From Psammoneis japonica (taxonomy: Eukaryota), in NCBI GenBank assembly GCA_008632985.1, contig QPGO01000099.1:103679-167678 (forward strand): a stretch of 64,000 bases of DNA, read 5' to 3'. Within the stretch, counting starts at the first letter, position 1. Each line of letters opens with the position of its first letter. This document shows positions 37,337-49,200 of this stretch, in pieces. The notes below the pieces were generated by a model. The model saw only the letters and a program-made list of their open reading frames with translations, ran no database searches and was not told where the DNA came from. The translations under genes were made by a program, and so were the position numbers.

Positions 37337-40060
37337 CTACTCTCTAGCGAAAACAACGCCAAGATCCAGCAGTCGACTCTTCCGGCTATTCTTTAGTTTT
37401 CCAGCCTTCCATGCTTGCTTTTGATCGCTTAACCAAACTCCAAGATTCATCCCATCCTCTTTGTGACCCCGCAGCACCCTACAATGGCCCTCACGCGCCA
37501 CAAATCGTCCAAGAAGAGAAAACATAGTCTCCCATCGCTCAGCCCGAACGTCCCACTCCACTCCAGCCTTCTCCAGTCGTTCCTGTCTAGAAGCGTTCAG
37601 TTTCCCTTTCCTTTTATCTCTCGTTTGGGTGCCCAACCACCTTCCAAGGTTCTCCCCATCCTCTTTGTGACCCTGCAGTACCCTGCAATGGCCCTCCCGT
37701 TCGTTGAATTGCTCGAGAAGTGAAAACATAGTCTCCCATTGGTTTTCAAACACGCCCCACTCCACTCCAGCCTCCTCGAGTTTTTCTTCTTTGACAATGT
37801 CAAGCTTCCCGAGCTTATATTTTAGTCGTTGGTTGCCCAACCAACATCCAAGGGCAAAGCCATCCTCAACGTATCTATTGGGAACATTACAATTGCCTTC
37901 TCTCTCCAAGTAAACCAAGAGTAGGCTGTAAGCGCGATTCCATTTAAAATCGTTCACGTTCCACTCGACTCCCGCCTTCTTGAGCGCTTGTTGACGAGAA
38001 ATATCCAGCATCCCATTCTTTTTGGCCTGCCGTTGTTTGCTTAACCAATGCCCCAAATTCATCCCCTCCTCTTTGTGGCTATAAGGAACTTCGCAATTCC
38101 CTTCGCGGTCTCTATACACCAAGAGCAAATCGTACATGCGATTCCAGGAACTCTTGTCCTTGTATTCTCTAATGGCGCGGTTCATGATGTCATTTTTCAT
38201 TTCAAATGACATTGAATCGGGAAGCATGAAGGAATCAAGGACACGAGGAGGGTACTCGTCTTCCTTCAAAGGCCTTCCTAGTCTGTCGCTCTCTTCAATC
38301 ACAAACAAGACATCCTGACGTAACTCGGGATCCAGACCAACCATGGCCTCAAAAGCAGTGGTAAAAGTTTCGTATCCGTTGGTATCCTCAGTCAATTCCT
38401 CATCAGAAGCAATTGGAACGGGAACAAGAACGTAACCACGGTTTTTACCGAACGCTTTCCGGCTTACACGTCCAATCATTTGACGTGCCAGAACTGAACT
38501 CCGAACGGGATCGGCCATTACAACCAACTCCCAATCCGCCTCGTCAACACCTGTCGCCAGTACTTTGCAGTTCGCAACGATAGATTTCGATGCAAACCTT
38601 GCTTCTTGTAGCACATGTTCCCGATTTACTGCAGACATTTTGGGACTGCCACAAACAACAAATGTAGATATGTCGTCCTTCAACGCCGTTTCAGTCGAGT
38701 CCACAAAAGCCCGTGCTCGAGCATTGGTAGAGTGGAACGACACAGCACGGCTTACATTTAACTTATAGAAAGCCGCTTCGATTGCAAAAGGCAGCAAGGT
38801 ATCTTTTGAGAGCTGGCTGGAATCGATATGTGCGTGTTCACTGACCTCGTCTTGATCCACAACACATAGTGTAATGGGGACTGTAATGTTTTGCTCCACG
38901 CTTTCTCTCAATGTCCGTCGTTCGATGCACGGTCCAAACAGCGCTTTATCGACAAAGCTCCTAATGCCCGAGAGGCAACGAGTGGTTTCTGCTTCCCTTT
39001 TCGGCAAGAGCGTTTGCGCGCCGTACTTGTCAAGCTTGGATCCCAGAACGGTGATTTGTTTCGGAGACTGTGTGTACCGACGAGGAGTTGCTGTAAGGAA
39101 GAGACGGTAGTCAACTGGAAGAAACGAATCATAGAGACCATATCCAAATAGCCTCCCTGCTCCTTCCATCTCGTGTGCTTCGTCAAAAATACCAAAGGAA
39201 ATGCTGCCTCCAATCGCTTGAAGAGCCTCTCCAACCCGTGGTAGAGAGTTGTAAGTGCAGGCAATGACCCGTAGCTCACTCTCATGAGAAGAGAGAAAAG
39301 CTTTTATCTCGTCAACTGATGTAGTGCAAGCCTCGGATCGACTGGTTTGGCTAGCCACAATCAATCTCGAGTGCGAAATGTCGGCAGCAAGTCCAGAACC
39401 ATCCAAGAAATCTAGCACTTGATCGACCAAGATGAGTTTCGGTGTTACGTATATCGCTGTCTGAACTTTTGATAGATCGGGACCTACTCCTTCTCGTGCT
39501 AACCGCGAAAGTGTTTCCAAGGCCAACAACGTTTTACCCCAACCCGGTGGAAGCTGGACGTTTGCTCTGCGGAAATAATTTTCTTCTCTCGAAAAACGAG
39601 AGATCTCTCCGGATAAGCCATTTGAATTGTCCCCATTTCCTCCACTTGAAGTTCTCTCAGCTCCCTTGTAATGCTCTATGATGGACTCTATTATGCTATC
39701 GTGACGACCATCTAGATCTTGGAAGCCGCCTTGACTCATGAGTGACGTACTAGTTCCTGGGGCGGCACTTTCTCTTCTGCCACTAACTTTCGGAGGAGTT
39801 GGCAGTTCTTGATTCTCAAGCATCATAACAGCACTTTTTTCGTAATTCTCTGAAAGGTACACTCTTTGATCATCTGCGATTGTCATCTCAGCGTGTTGGT
39901 CTATGATTGTGTCGTTGAATATCTCTAATGTAGCTGATTTCATCAGGTAAAAACATTCTCTGCTCTTTGGTAAGCCAAACAGTGCCGGTTGAAAAGGAAA
40001 AGAGACGGATAACTGCTGAAACAGCAGAGCTACAAATAGATTTTTACAAAGGCTATTCAT
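37337..40060 (-). CDS. SF2 DExH helicase (ResIII-like + helicase C) with four C-terminal helicase-associated (HA) repeats and an N-terminal signal-peptide-like segment
   Basis: Intact 907-aa ORF: LPPGWGKT, FDEAH, LTATP, LATGVD, QMIGR; repeats W..MF.LL..F..REG.C.VP..H...G..LG.WL..QR. Confidence 0.92.
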   Translation of the reverse strand: MNSLCKNLFVALLFQQLSVSFPFQPALFGLPKSRECFYLMKSATLEIFNDTIIDQHAEMTIADDQRVYLSENYEKSAVMMLENQELPTPPKVSGRRESAAPGTSTSLMSQGGFQDLDGRHDSIIESIIEHYKGAERTSSGGNGDNSNGLSGEISRFSREENYFRRANVQLPPGWGKTLLALETLSRLAREGVGPDLSKVQTAIYVTPKLILVDQVLDFLDGSGLAADISHSRLIVASQTSRSEACTTSVDEIKAFLSSHESELRVIACTYNSLPRVGEALQAIGGSISFGIFDEAHEMEGAGRLFGYGLYDSFLPVDYRLFLTATPRRYTQSPKQITVLGSKLDKYGAQTLLPKREAETTRCLSGIRSFVDKALFGPCIERRTLRESVEQNITVPITLCVVDQDEVSEHAHIDSSQLSKDTLLPFAIEAAFYKLNVSRAVSFHSTNARARAFVDSTETALKDDISTFVVCGSPKMSAVNREHVLQEARFASKSIVANCKVLATGVDEADWELVVMADPVRSSVLARQMIGRVSRKAFGKNRGYVLVPVPIASDEELTEDTNGYETFTTAFEAMVGLDPELRQDVLFVIEESDRLGRPLKEDEYPPRVLDSFMLPDSMSFEMKNDIMNRAIREYKDKSSWNRMYDLLLVYRDREGNCEVPYSHKEEGMNLGHWLSKQRQAKKNGMLDISRQQALKKAGVEWNVNDFKWNRAYSLLLVYLEREGNCNVPNRYVEDGFALGCWLGNQRLKYKLGKLDIVKEEKLEEAGVEWGVFENQWETMFSLLEQFNEREGHCRVLQGHKEDGENLGRWLGTQTRDKRKGKLNASRQERLEKAGVEWDVRAERWETMFSLLGRFVAREGHCRVLRGHKEDGMNLGVWLSDQKQAWKAGKLKNSRKSRLLDLGVVFARE

Positions 40061-40479
40061 AATCGAGAATACCTGAATAGCAAGAAGCCAAAAAAGATGC
40101 CAACATTACGCAATTGTGATGTAGGGCCCTATGCATGATGCGATCGATGCATGCGATGAATGCGTAGGGCCCTATGTATGTGTTCTGGGCCGCGTCGCAT
40201 GTCCGTCATCCGTCATACTTGAAAGCTTGCCTTGGTTTGGCAAGGTGTCGGAGCGACGCAGTAGAGTGAGGCATCCGAGCGAACGTAAGGGTGAGGCCTG
40301 GGAGCATTGGTTGGTGCCGAGGTGACTGGAGTAACTGGAGAAGGAATAAGGTCGAGGCAACCTCCCAACTTCAAACTGGGACAGACGAACCCTTTGTTGC
40401 TGGATCATCCCAATTGCGAACATGCGAACCCCGCTCGATAGATTACCCAATTCTTAAAAATGAGACGCCTTTCCCAGTA

Positions 40480-40800
40480 AACAACACCATCGAGAGCAGA
40501 GAGTGGTTAACGAGAAACGATGAAACTACGCTCAGCGAGATTGTTGTAACCTGCGCCACCTTGTGGACGTCGCATCGTACGTTCCGATTGTTGTTTGTGG
40601 GGCGGAACTTGACGATTTTGGGGGAATTGTTCAATTATGTTGCTGCAATGATACTGCTCAAGCGAATTGTGGGCGATCCGGAAAATGACAAGACAGCCAT
40701 TGCCGTGTTGGTCGTGCTTTGGTTGTCGCCAGAAGTGGTCTTTTCGGGCGTGGGTGGATTGCTAGTGGACTTGTGTGATAAAAAAGACGATGGTCCATGA
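40480..40800 (+). pseudogene. MFS transporter N-terminal fragment
   Basis: RTFRLLFVGRNLTILGELFNYVAA...LSPEVVFSGVGGLLVDLCDKK (MFS TM1-TM2, motif A-like); truncated. Confidence 0.6.
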
Positions 40801-40889
40801 TTGTCCTCGATATACTCGCCGGTTGTCTGGGATTTATGTGCTTGACAGCCTGGGTGACGCCCTCTTTGAATCTTGGCTCCGGCTTCGTG

Positions 40890-41130
40890 GCTTGGAGACT
40901 GCTCCGGGTTTCGGATTCATGAAGTTGGGTTTGCTTGCATATCTTGGTGGTGGACAAGCTCTTTCTCAGGTGCAAATTGGAGACACCAACATCTTTTCTT
41001 ATGCTGGGAGTATTTCCTTTGTGCTGTGGCGTTCTGTATACCTGGTGAAGCAAGTTGCTACAAGAAATCGTATCCTTGTCACGTTTGATTGGATCAAGAG
41101 CTCTTTGCTTGGTCGAGATGTAATGAGGAT
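40890..41130 (+). pseudogene. Type II NADH dehydrogenase C-terminal fragment
   Basis: LGLLAYLGGGQAL...SFVLWRSVYLVKQVATRNRILVTFDWIKSSLLGRDV is the typical NDH-2 C-terminus; the upstream domains are absent. Confidence 0.75.
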
Positions 41131-41664
41131 AGATGGACGTGCTGTGTTTTTGCAAACGCATTGCATAGGTTCGTGTAGCAAGTCGATAGAATTTCACCGT
41201 ACTCATCATCACAAATTTGCAGTTGTCTGAACCTGTACCGCCCAGTTTGACCATGGCGTGGGGAGTCGTATACTAGGAAAAAAGGAGTGCGAAAAGGAAC
41301 AGTGCTGACTCTCCAAGAGTCGTCTGCTCGGCTATCGAGCGAGATAGCTATGAGTGGATACGTTGTGTCATCAATGTGGGCGGTCGTGCCGGGATGATGG
41401 GTGGACGATGCTGCAGACAACTGATGGCTGTGCACCCCTTCTATGATAGCCACTACTAGCTAGAGCCCCACTCTAGCCAGAGTAGCAATTAAATTGGATC
41501 TAATAAGATGAACAATGCCACACGAGAACTCTCACAGCTACTTAAACCGAGCGTTACTGTGCGCAATCTATTTCGGAAAAATCGTTTTCATGCTTTACGG
41601 CAGTAACACCGACGACGCCGACGCACACTCTCGCATTCTAAAGAGCAAACATGCGCAATCACTT

Positions 41665-42400
41665 CAAACTAACTGTTTTAATTCTTTAAAACAGAAACAC
41701 AGACGAGACCAAGAAAATCCCCCCCATTGCAGAGACTGCTTTCTACCAAAAACAATGCCAAGATCCAGCAGTCGATTCATGCGGCTGTTCTCCAGCTTTC
41801 CAGCCTCCCATGCTTGCTTTTGATTGCCCATCCAAACTCCAAGTCTCTTTCCATTTTCAATGTGTCTTTGATGCACCCTGCAATGTCCCTCCCATTTCAT
41901 GAATTGTTTGAGAATTGAAAGCATTGTCTCCCATTGATCTTTGAAAACATTCCACTCAATTCCAGCATCCTCCAGGCATCTCTGTCAAGAAGCGTCCAGC
42001 TCCCCTTTCCTTTCAGCCATCCGTTGGTCTCTCAACCAATTTCCAAGGTTGATCCCATCTCCTTTGTGACCCTGTGGCACCCTGCAATGTCCCTCTCTCT
42101 TCTTGAATTGGTTGAGAAGTGAAAACACTATCTCCCATTGATCTTTCAAAATGTCCAACTCAATTCCAGCATTCTCCAATCATCTCTGTCAAGAAGCATC
42201 CAGCTCCCCTTTCCATTTGGCCATCCATTGGTCTTTCAACCAAGGTCCAAGGTTTTGACCCCATCTTCTTTGTGACCACTTAACACCCTGCAATGTCCCT
42301 CCAGTTTCTTGAACTGTTCAAGAAGTGAAAACCCAGTCTCCCATTGATTTTCAAACACACCCCACTCAACTCCAGCCCCCTTGAGTTTTTCTTCTTTGAT
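41665..42400 (-). pseudogene. HA-repeat 3' remnant of the helicase gene, with homologous downstream flank
   Basis: HA repeats ending RLLDLGIVF; the flank matches 37262-37340; hypermutated. Confidence 0.85.
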
Positions 42401-43532
42401 GATCTTGGAAACTGCACAATGGTCAAGCCACCATGTCTGCACATTGCATTGCTTCCAGATCTGTGTGGATGTGGGCAATTGGCAGTGTGCAATGGGGATC
42501 CTGCATTGTGGGTGCAGCCAACAACGATGCTGAGTTCCGAGCATTTTTGACCACAGTGAAGAGAGTGCCTTGTGATGGGAGCAATTGTGCAAGTCCGTCA
42601 CCAGCACCACTTGAAGAAGCCAGAGCACAAGCAGCACCCTCCCAGCTCTGGGCAGGGCCTCATGCTGCTGAGCCTGTGATGTGTTGAGATTTTTTTGTCA
42701 TGCGCCACATGTTGCACACAAGCACATTTCTGTGTGACTTTGGGGCAGAGCTTTGGTGTGCTGGTGTTGTTTGCGGTGTGCAGCAGCACAGTTGTTGGGT
42801 GCACCAGCCCACCAAGCAGCTGCTTTGTCACATTTTTGCAAAGCATCACTCTTCTTTTTGGATGTCTTGAGAGTGACACAGGGAAGGCAGATTTTCAAAA
42901 ACTTCAAGCGGGTCGGCAGGTGCAAAGAGTGTGCGCCACACACACAGCTGAACTTGGTCTTACGTCAAAGATGAGCACACACACTGATGCCAGAGTGTGG
43001 GCTGCACCAGAGCTTGCATGTGGAGCTTGCAGGTCCAGCATGCTGCACGGAGCCCTGCCCAGGTCTTGAGATCACAAAGAGCCACAAAATCATCTCAAGT
43101 TCTTGGCTCGCACCCAGCTGCACTTGCAAAGACACCAGCAACGCTCTCTGCTTTCATTTGCCGATGGCCTTGTAGGAGAAGACCCCAGCAAAAAGATGTT
43201 TGGTTGTGAAGGTCAAGGAAAAGTAGAGGCACTGTGGCAACAAGCACCATCATCCAATCCTCACTGGTGCGATCTGCGGTGTCTCGTCTGTCTCTTGAGT
43301 GCAAATGAAGTCTGCTTGCCTCCCGTTTCAGTCACGGCTCGCTATCCGCCACCCAATAAATCCTCCATCCAATCCGTCCTATGGATGCACCGGTATTTCA
43401 GCATGCCACTTCAGCACACGACGTACACAAGTCCGTCTTTACTTTCTCTGTTGCACTCTGTCCATTCGTTTTTCACTTGAACATATTGAAACTCGTCCGA
43501 GGTCACAATCGTTTTGATAAAGACAAAAGATC

Positions 43533-45668
43533 ATGAGCACTACCACCGCCAATAACAGCAACAACAACGAAACTACTGTCGTGACTGTTGGTATTGACAT
43601 TGGTTGCGAATCGACAAAGGTGGTGCTGTGCATCAAAAAGAACAATGATACTAGTACGATTGAAATTGTACGAAACGAAGTGGGTGGGCACACGACTCCA
43701 ACCTTGGTGTCCTTTCTGGAACGGATGCGTTACATGGGAGAAGCCGCAACAGCCTATAAAGGATCACCCAATACCGTGACACAGTTGAATCGACTCTTGT
43801 GGTCGGAAAAAGATGAGTATGATCCGTTTCAACCCTTTTATCGATTCAAGCTTGATGAAGAAAATCATGTTCAAGTGAATTACAACGGAGCACAAGAGCA
43901 AAAATTTGATGCGACTGCACTTTTAACCATGTTTTTGGGAAAGATTCGGCAAAACGTGCAAGCCACGTTGGATCGTATTCTTTCTGATCATGATAACAAA
44001 GACTACAATGTGGAATATGTTTTTGCCGTACCGGCGGTATCGAAACAACAACAAGATGATGACAATGTACGGCAAGCCATCCTGGACGCCGCGTTTGCTG
44101 CCAAGCTGGAGAATGTTCGAGTCGTAGATACGGACGCGTGTCTTGCGGCCGCCTATCGACGCAAATTTGAAAAAGACGAAGCATCCGACAAGCGACGAGT
44201 CTTGGTGGTGGACATGGGACACGCTCAAACGACGATATCGACAATTATTACGTCGGATGATGAGAGCGACGATTGTAGTAGTAATGTGCAACACGACTCG
44301 AGTTTGGGGGCTGGGTCCATGGATATTGCCTTGTTTCGATACTTTGTTGCCAATCACGAGGAATTAAAGCACGTTGAGCCATCTTCCAAGGCAGGTTATC
44401 GCTTGCTGCAGGCGTGTAGCAAACTCAAGCATCTCTTGTCGCAATTACCAGAAGGCTCTGTTACGGTAGAAAACATGAACGACAAGGATGTCGTGCTTTC
44501 GGCAACGCGGGCCTTGCTGGTGGAGCAGTGTCAGTCACAACACGAGACTCTAGTGGAGATGATCCAAAAGACAATTTCCAATCAAGACGAAAAACCGTTT
44601 GATTCTATCGAAGTCCTCGGTGGGGCATGCCGTGTCCCGTGGGTCAAGGAGACCATTCTCAATACCGTAAATGGAGTTTCATCCTTGTCGCATAGCTTGG
44701 ATGACACGTCGATTGCGCTTGGCGCCGCAGTGCTTGATGCGCGTGACAAAGAAGAATCATCCACGAAACAACAACAACAACTGCAAGCTACCGATCGGCG
44801 CATGGAGTTACGTCAAGCCGAAGAGAAAATGGCGGCTCTGGATGACGAAATGCGGAAACGAGCCGCTGTACACAATCAAATTGAAGCTCATGTGTTGGAA
44901 ATGCGCGCCGCCAAGCATGGTAGTCATGGTTCGCTGTTGCCTACGACAGAGTTAGACGCACACTTAGACCAAGCAGAGGAATGGCTCTTTGATACTGAAC
45001 AAGATGCTACACTGCAAGAGGCCGAGTCCAAACTCGAATCCATACTGAAAGCGACTCGGGAGTTGTGTAGTGACTACTTTGCGTCGGTGCAAAAAGAGGC
45101 GGATGCAAAGGAAGAGGAAATGGACAAGGCGGCAAAGCTGGCCCAGGCGGAAAAGGAGCAGGACGAAGATCAAGAAGAAGATCACGACAATCGCCGCTTG
45201 CCGAAAAAGCGTCGCATGGAAATTGTTCAGAAAAACAAAAAGGAAGCCAACGAATTGTTTGGAGACGGCAATTACCGCCACGCAGCCGCGAGGTATACAA
45301 AAGCCTTGACACATTGTTCTAAATTTGTTGATTTGAGTCCAGACGACCAAAAGGAGGTAAATGAAGTCAAGCTTTCTCTCTGTTTGAACTTGGCACTGGC
45401 GTACATTAAGCTGGACATGTTGGACCAAGCACTGCGGGTTTGCAACGACGCTCTGGATATCGACGCAGAATCGACAAAGGCGCTGTATCGAAGAGCTACT
45501 GTGTATTATGAAAAGAAGCAGTGGGATAACGCCAACCGCGATGCGCAGCAAGCCGCGAAAACAGCTCCGAATGACAAGGCTGTTCAAAAGTTGCAAGCTA
45601 GAATTGATTTGCAAGTGAAGAAACAAAAGGCAAAGGAGAAAAAGATGGCTCAAAAGATGTTTGGCTAG
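43533..45668 (+). CDS. Hsp70/Hsp110-like ATPase domain fused to a C-terminal TPR domain
   Basis: VGIDIG, IVRNEVGGHTTPTLVSF, VVDMGH, IEVLGGACRVP; helical region NQIEAHVLEMR..AEEWL; TPR motifs KKEANELF..YRHAAARYTKAL, LNLALAYIKL, KALYRRA. Confidence 0.9.
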   Translation: MSTTTANNSNNNETTVVTVGIDIGCESTKVVLCIKKNNDTSTIEIVRNEVGGHTTPTLVSFLERMRYMGEAATAYKGSPNTVTQLNRLLWSEKDEYDPFQPFYRFKLDEENHVQVNYNGAQEQKFDATALLTMFLGKIRQNVQATLDRILSDHDNKDYNVEYVFAVPAVSKQQQDDDNVRQAILDAAFAAKLENVRVVDTDACLAAAYRRKFEKDEASDKRRVLVVDMGHAQTTISTIITSDDESDDCSSNVQHDSSLGAGSMDIALFRYFVANHEELKHVEPSSKAGYRLLQACSKLKHLLSQLPEGSVTVENMNDKDVVLSATRALLVEQCQSQHETLVEMIQKTISNQDEKPFDSIEVLGGACRVPWVKETILNTVNGVSSLSHSLDDTSIALGAAVLDARDKEESSTKQQQQLQATDRRMELRQAEEKMAALDDEMRKRAAVHNQIEAHVLEMRAAKHGSHGSLLPTTELDAHLDQAEEWLFDTEQDATLQEAESKLESILKATRELCSDYFASVQKEADAKEEEMDKAAKLAQAEKEQDEDQEEDHDNRRLPKKRRMEIVQKNKKEANELFGDGNYRHAAARYTKALTHCSKFVDLSPDDQKEVNEVKLSLCLNLALAYIKLDMLDQALRVCNDALDIDAESTKALYRRATVYYEKKQWDNANRDAQQAAKTAPNDKAVQKLQARIDLQVKKQKAKEKKMAQKMFG

Positions 45669-46274
45669 AGAGAGTAAAAAAAAAAAAAAGAGAAAAAAGC
45701 TTTAGTCATTTCCTCTAGACCGGGGGGAGGTGTACAGTAGTCCTTGTGACATGTGGGAGACAGTGCGCTGCTAAGAAGTAACAATTAGAATATGTGTAAA
45801 GTACGTGTTGGAAATTTTCAACATTGCGTTGCCAGGGTTTCTTCCAGCTTTGACGGTTGCTGCATGTAATTGACCTGCGTCGTCCTGCGTTGGGCGTTGG
45901 TCATTGAGCTCTCATCAAAGCTCAACGAATTCTTCCTCTAATTGGAAAAAATCATCGCATCCAACACTTTTATTTGTGATCATTGATTGACATTTGCACA
46001 CTCATGTTCTCATTCGTGGCCCAGCAATTTGCAATCGCGGCCCACTCTCAAAGCATTTCAGGCATCCAACGCATCCAATGCTTTCGCACGACAGTTTCAG
46101 AGGCGTACACAGTAGCTGCTGGCATGTCTCTACGTGTACGCAAATTTATTACCACAAAATCCTGTAAAATAATTTCCGTTGTGACGCGACTGTGACGTTG
46201 CATTTTTCTCCCTCCGACGAAAAAATTTAGCATACAAAACACCGAAGCCATTTTTCTGAAACCAAAAAATCACC

Positions 46275-49200
46275 ATGGCCACCACCTCAGAACGAAATGC
46301 CGTCGCAGCCGACGAGTCATCAGTGCCTACTTGCCCCCTTCCAGAGAACGCTTCCAAACACCCTGAAGTGTCTTCTGATAAAAGGGGGCAAGTAGAGCTC
46401 AAGGCTCTGGAGAGCAAATGTGGCTCAGAAGTGCGCTCGCTTCTTGCGGAGTTTTTCCGCAGCATGTCGAGCAACAAGCCTTGGTTCTTTGCTGTCAAAG
46501 AGCCTCTTGTTCAGATGGAGAGCACCAGCAATGGAGAGGACATCGAAAAAGAGGCATTGAAGCCAGTGCCTCTCATGGGCACTGCTTTGTGTCTTCCTTG
46601 TTCGGGCGCATGAAAACGATCTGTTTGTCACCATCCTCGCCATTGCCGGCCTCGTCGAACAAAAGGGCAAGCACCTCAATGTCAAAAGAGATGTGTGGCA
46701 GGACTTTTTTAATGATCACAACCTCAGCAATGCAATTGTTGTCAAGAAAATCACCCCTGACACTGATGGCAAGAAGGTTCATTTCACTCGTGTCGGAGGC
46801 AAGTTTGGCAGCCTTGAAATTGTGAAACAGTTTGCCAAGGATCCCAAGGAACGGTTGTTGAAACCAAAGTGTCAGATGACCAAGCTTCGGTCCAGTTTTG
46901 TTGATGGGATCAACAGCCTTCTCCTGGACATTCTCTCAGATCATTGCATGAGCAACATGACAGATGGCGGTTTGGAAGGCGATGACATGAACAATGCTGC
47001 TGATGCCAAGCAAGACGCAGGTGTGACGGAAGAGGAGAAGATGGAACAAGAAGAAGCCAAAGACGGGATGGAGGAATCAGAAGAGCCAGTTGAAGCATCT
47101 GAAGAAACAAGCGAGGAAGTTGGACAGAAGGAACCACTGGAGTTCGAGAAGACAATCGACATTGACGAGAATCTTTGTCCTCAACTCTCTGGACTGTCGA
47201 GCGGCATCAAGCGATGGGAGCCATCTAGATTGGTTCACGACATGGTCAAGCTGCATGAAGCTGCATCCATGGAGATCACTTGTGGAGATCGGCATCCAAT
47301 GGTTTTGGCGCCAATCCCAAGGACTGCGAAGAAGAGCTGCAAGAACTTCCGTGACAGTTGCGCTGGGAGAAAATGGCTTCACGTCATTTTAAGACACATT
47401 GGCGGAGGTGACAAGACAGTTGGGACAGAAGAAGCCGAGTCATTGGGGGCTGAGTGGGTGTGTCAATGGCCAGCTACAAAGTGTGAAGCAGATTTCATGG
47501 CAGCATCCAAGGCTTCCGGTCTTCCCGTGACGCACAGAATGGACAGAATCGCAGCTGCTGCCATGTGGAGCGCTGCAAACGTCACATCAACCAGCAGCGA
47601 GTCATCCCAAGACACTTGCGGCACCAGTTTGGCAAGAGAATTGTTGTGCCGGAACGGGATGTGCAAGCCCTGGGAGATGGACATGTGCCTGCGTCGCATG
47701 GATCACATGACCACAAAAAGAACAAGAAGAGCGACGAGCACAGCGACGACACCAAAAACGTTGAAAAGATCAATTGCTGCACAAGGTCCATTCTAGATTG
47801 CATTTCCACTGAAGTGAATGGCGCACTTCAAACTCAGGTGTCATCTGAGGTTGACAACGACAAGGCATTGAAGAGCTGCCCCACCCGCAATGGCCTCGGC
47901 TGGAATCTCATCTGTGGCGGAGATCATGGGAAAAAAGAGTCCAGTGCGGTGGGCAAGCTCCACACGCACAGTGCTGAACACCGGAGAGCTCTGCTGGAGA
48001 AGAGTTGGCATGAGCTCAACACAAAACAAACAGATGCGGGAGGGTGCCGCATCTTCAAGTGTGCAAGCATCCAGTGCAAGAAAGACAACTCCGACATTCT
48101 TGCTGACACCATCTCAGCAACAATTGACAAGGACATTGAGATGTTGCTCTCACAACAGTCAGTTGGAATCAAGCAAGGAGGCGACAGCAGCAATGTCCAA
48201 TCCCTCTGTGTCCAGAAAGGCGCAACAAACATGAGGGTTGAGAAACAAAACCAAAGCAACGTGATGGCCTTTGACGCAGAGGGTGATGGATTTGCTGCCA
48301 CCATGCATGAACCACTTGCCTTGGACGGTGACAAGTGTGAGATGATGCTCGACGTCCCACAATTTACAATGTGCGTCATGGGTGACCTTGCATTCCATGC
48401 CAATGTTCTGGGCAAACCAAACTCGAGCGGCTGTTGGTGCCACCTCTGCAAACTGAACCACAAAGAGTGGAACGTAGCTGGGCATGAGAAAGGAGAGAAG
48501 TGGACTGTTGAGGAAATGAAGGCAGCATTGCAAGAGCACCTAAATTCCGATCAGGTCGACGCCATCAAGGGGGCACGCGAGAAAATGCACCACACAAGCA
48601 TCTCACCTCAGCTTTGCATTTGCCCGCCACTTCACATGGAAACAGGGTTGGCAAATGAAGGCTGGGACGACCTTCAAGAGTGGATTGATGAAGAGCTGGG
48701 GGAGATTGACGCCGAGGAAGTGCAGGCTCGGACAGCCGTTGTCACCGCCAGCACCATGATGCAAGCTGCCATGGAGAAACAACGCAAGCAGAGGGAAACA
48801 GCAGAAGTGGAGGTGAAGGATTTGAAACTCACCAAGAAGACACCAGTGAGGCAGTGCAAAGCCGCAAAGAAGGCTGCCAATGGCGAGTTGGAAGCCGACT
48901 TGAAAGATCGCATCAAGGCAACTGAGAGCGCAATTGAGAGCAAGGAAAAAGAGATTAGAGAAGCAATGGATGATTCCAAGAAAAAGCAAGCTTGCTTGAG
49001 GAAATGTAAAGAACGGGTTGCCAAGCTGCGGAAGGCTCGTGGGTGGCCCATTGATGGCATCGCCGCTCAAACTGAGGCAATTCTGAAACGGTGCGGCACA
49101 AAGCGTGAGGCGTGCCATGGCGGGGATTTCAACGGTGGATCCTGCAGGAAAATTGGGGAAAACAGCCAGGAGACAATGTCAGAGATGACTGAAGCCATTC

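Noticed and set aside
41455..41480. CTAGAG...CTCTAG hairpin as a Helitron 3' end
   Set aside because: Short palindrome expected by chance; no matching 5' end or Rep/Hel ORF.
45676..45698. A-rich tract after the Hsp70-TPR stop as a retrocopy poly(A)
   Set aside because: No TSD seen; intronless genes are common here, and the upstream promoter is shared with a DNA-level duplicate.
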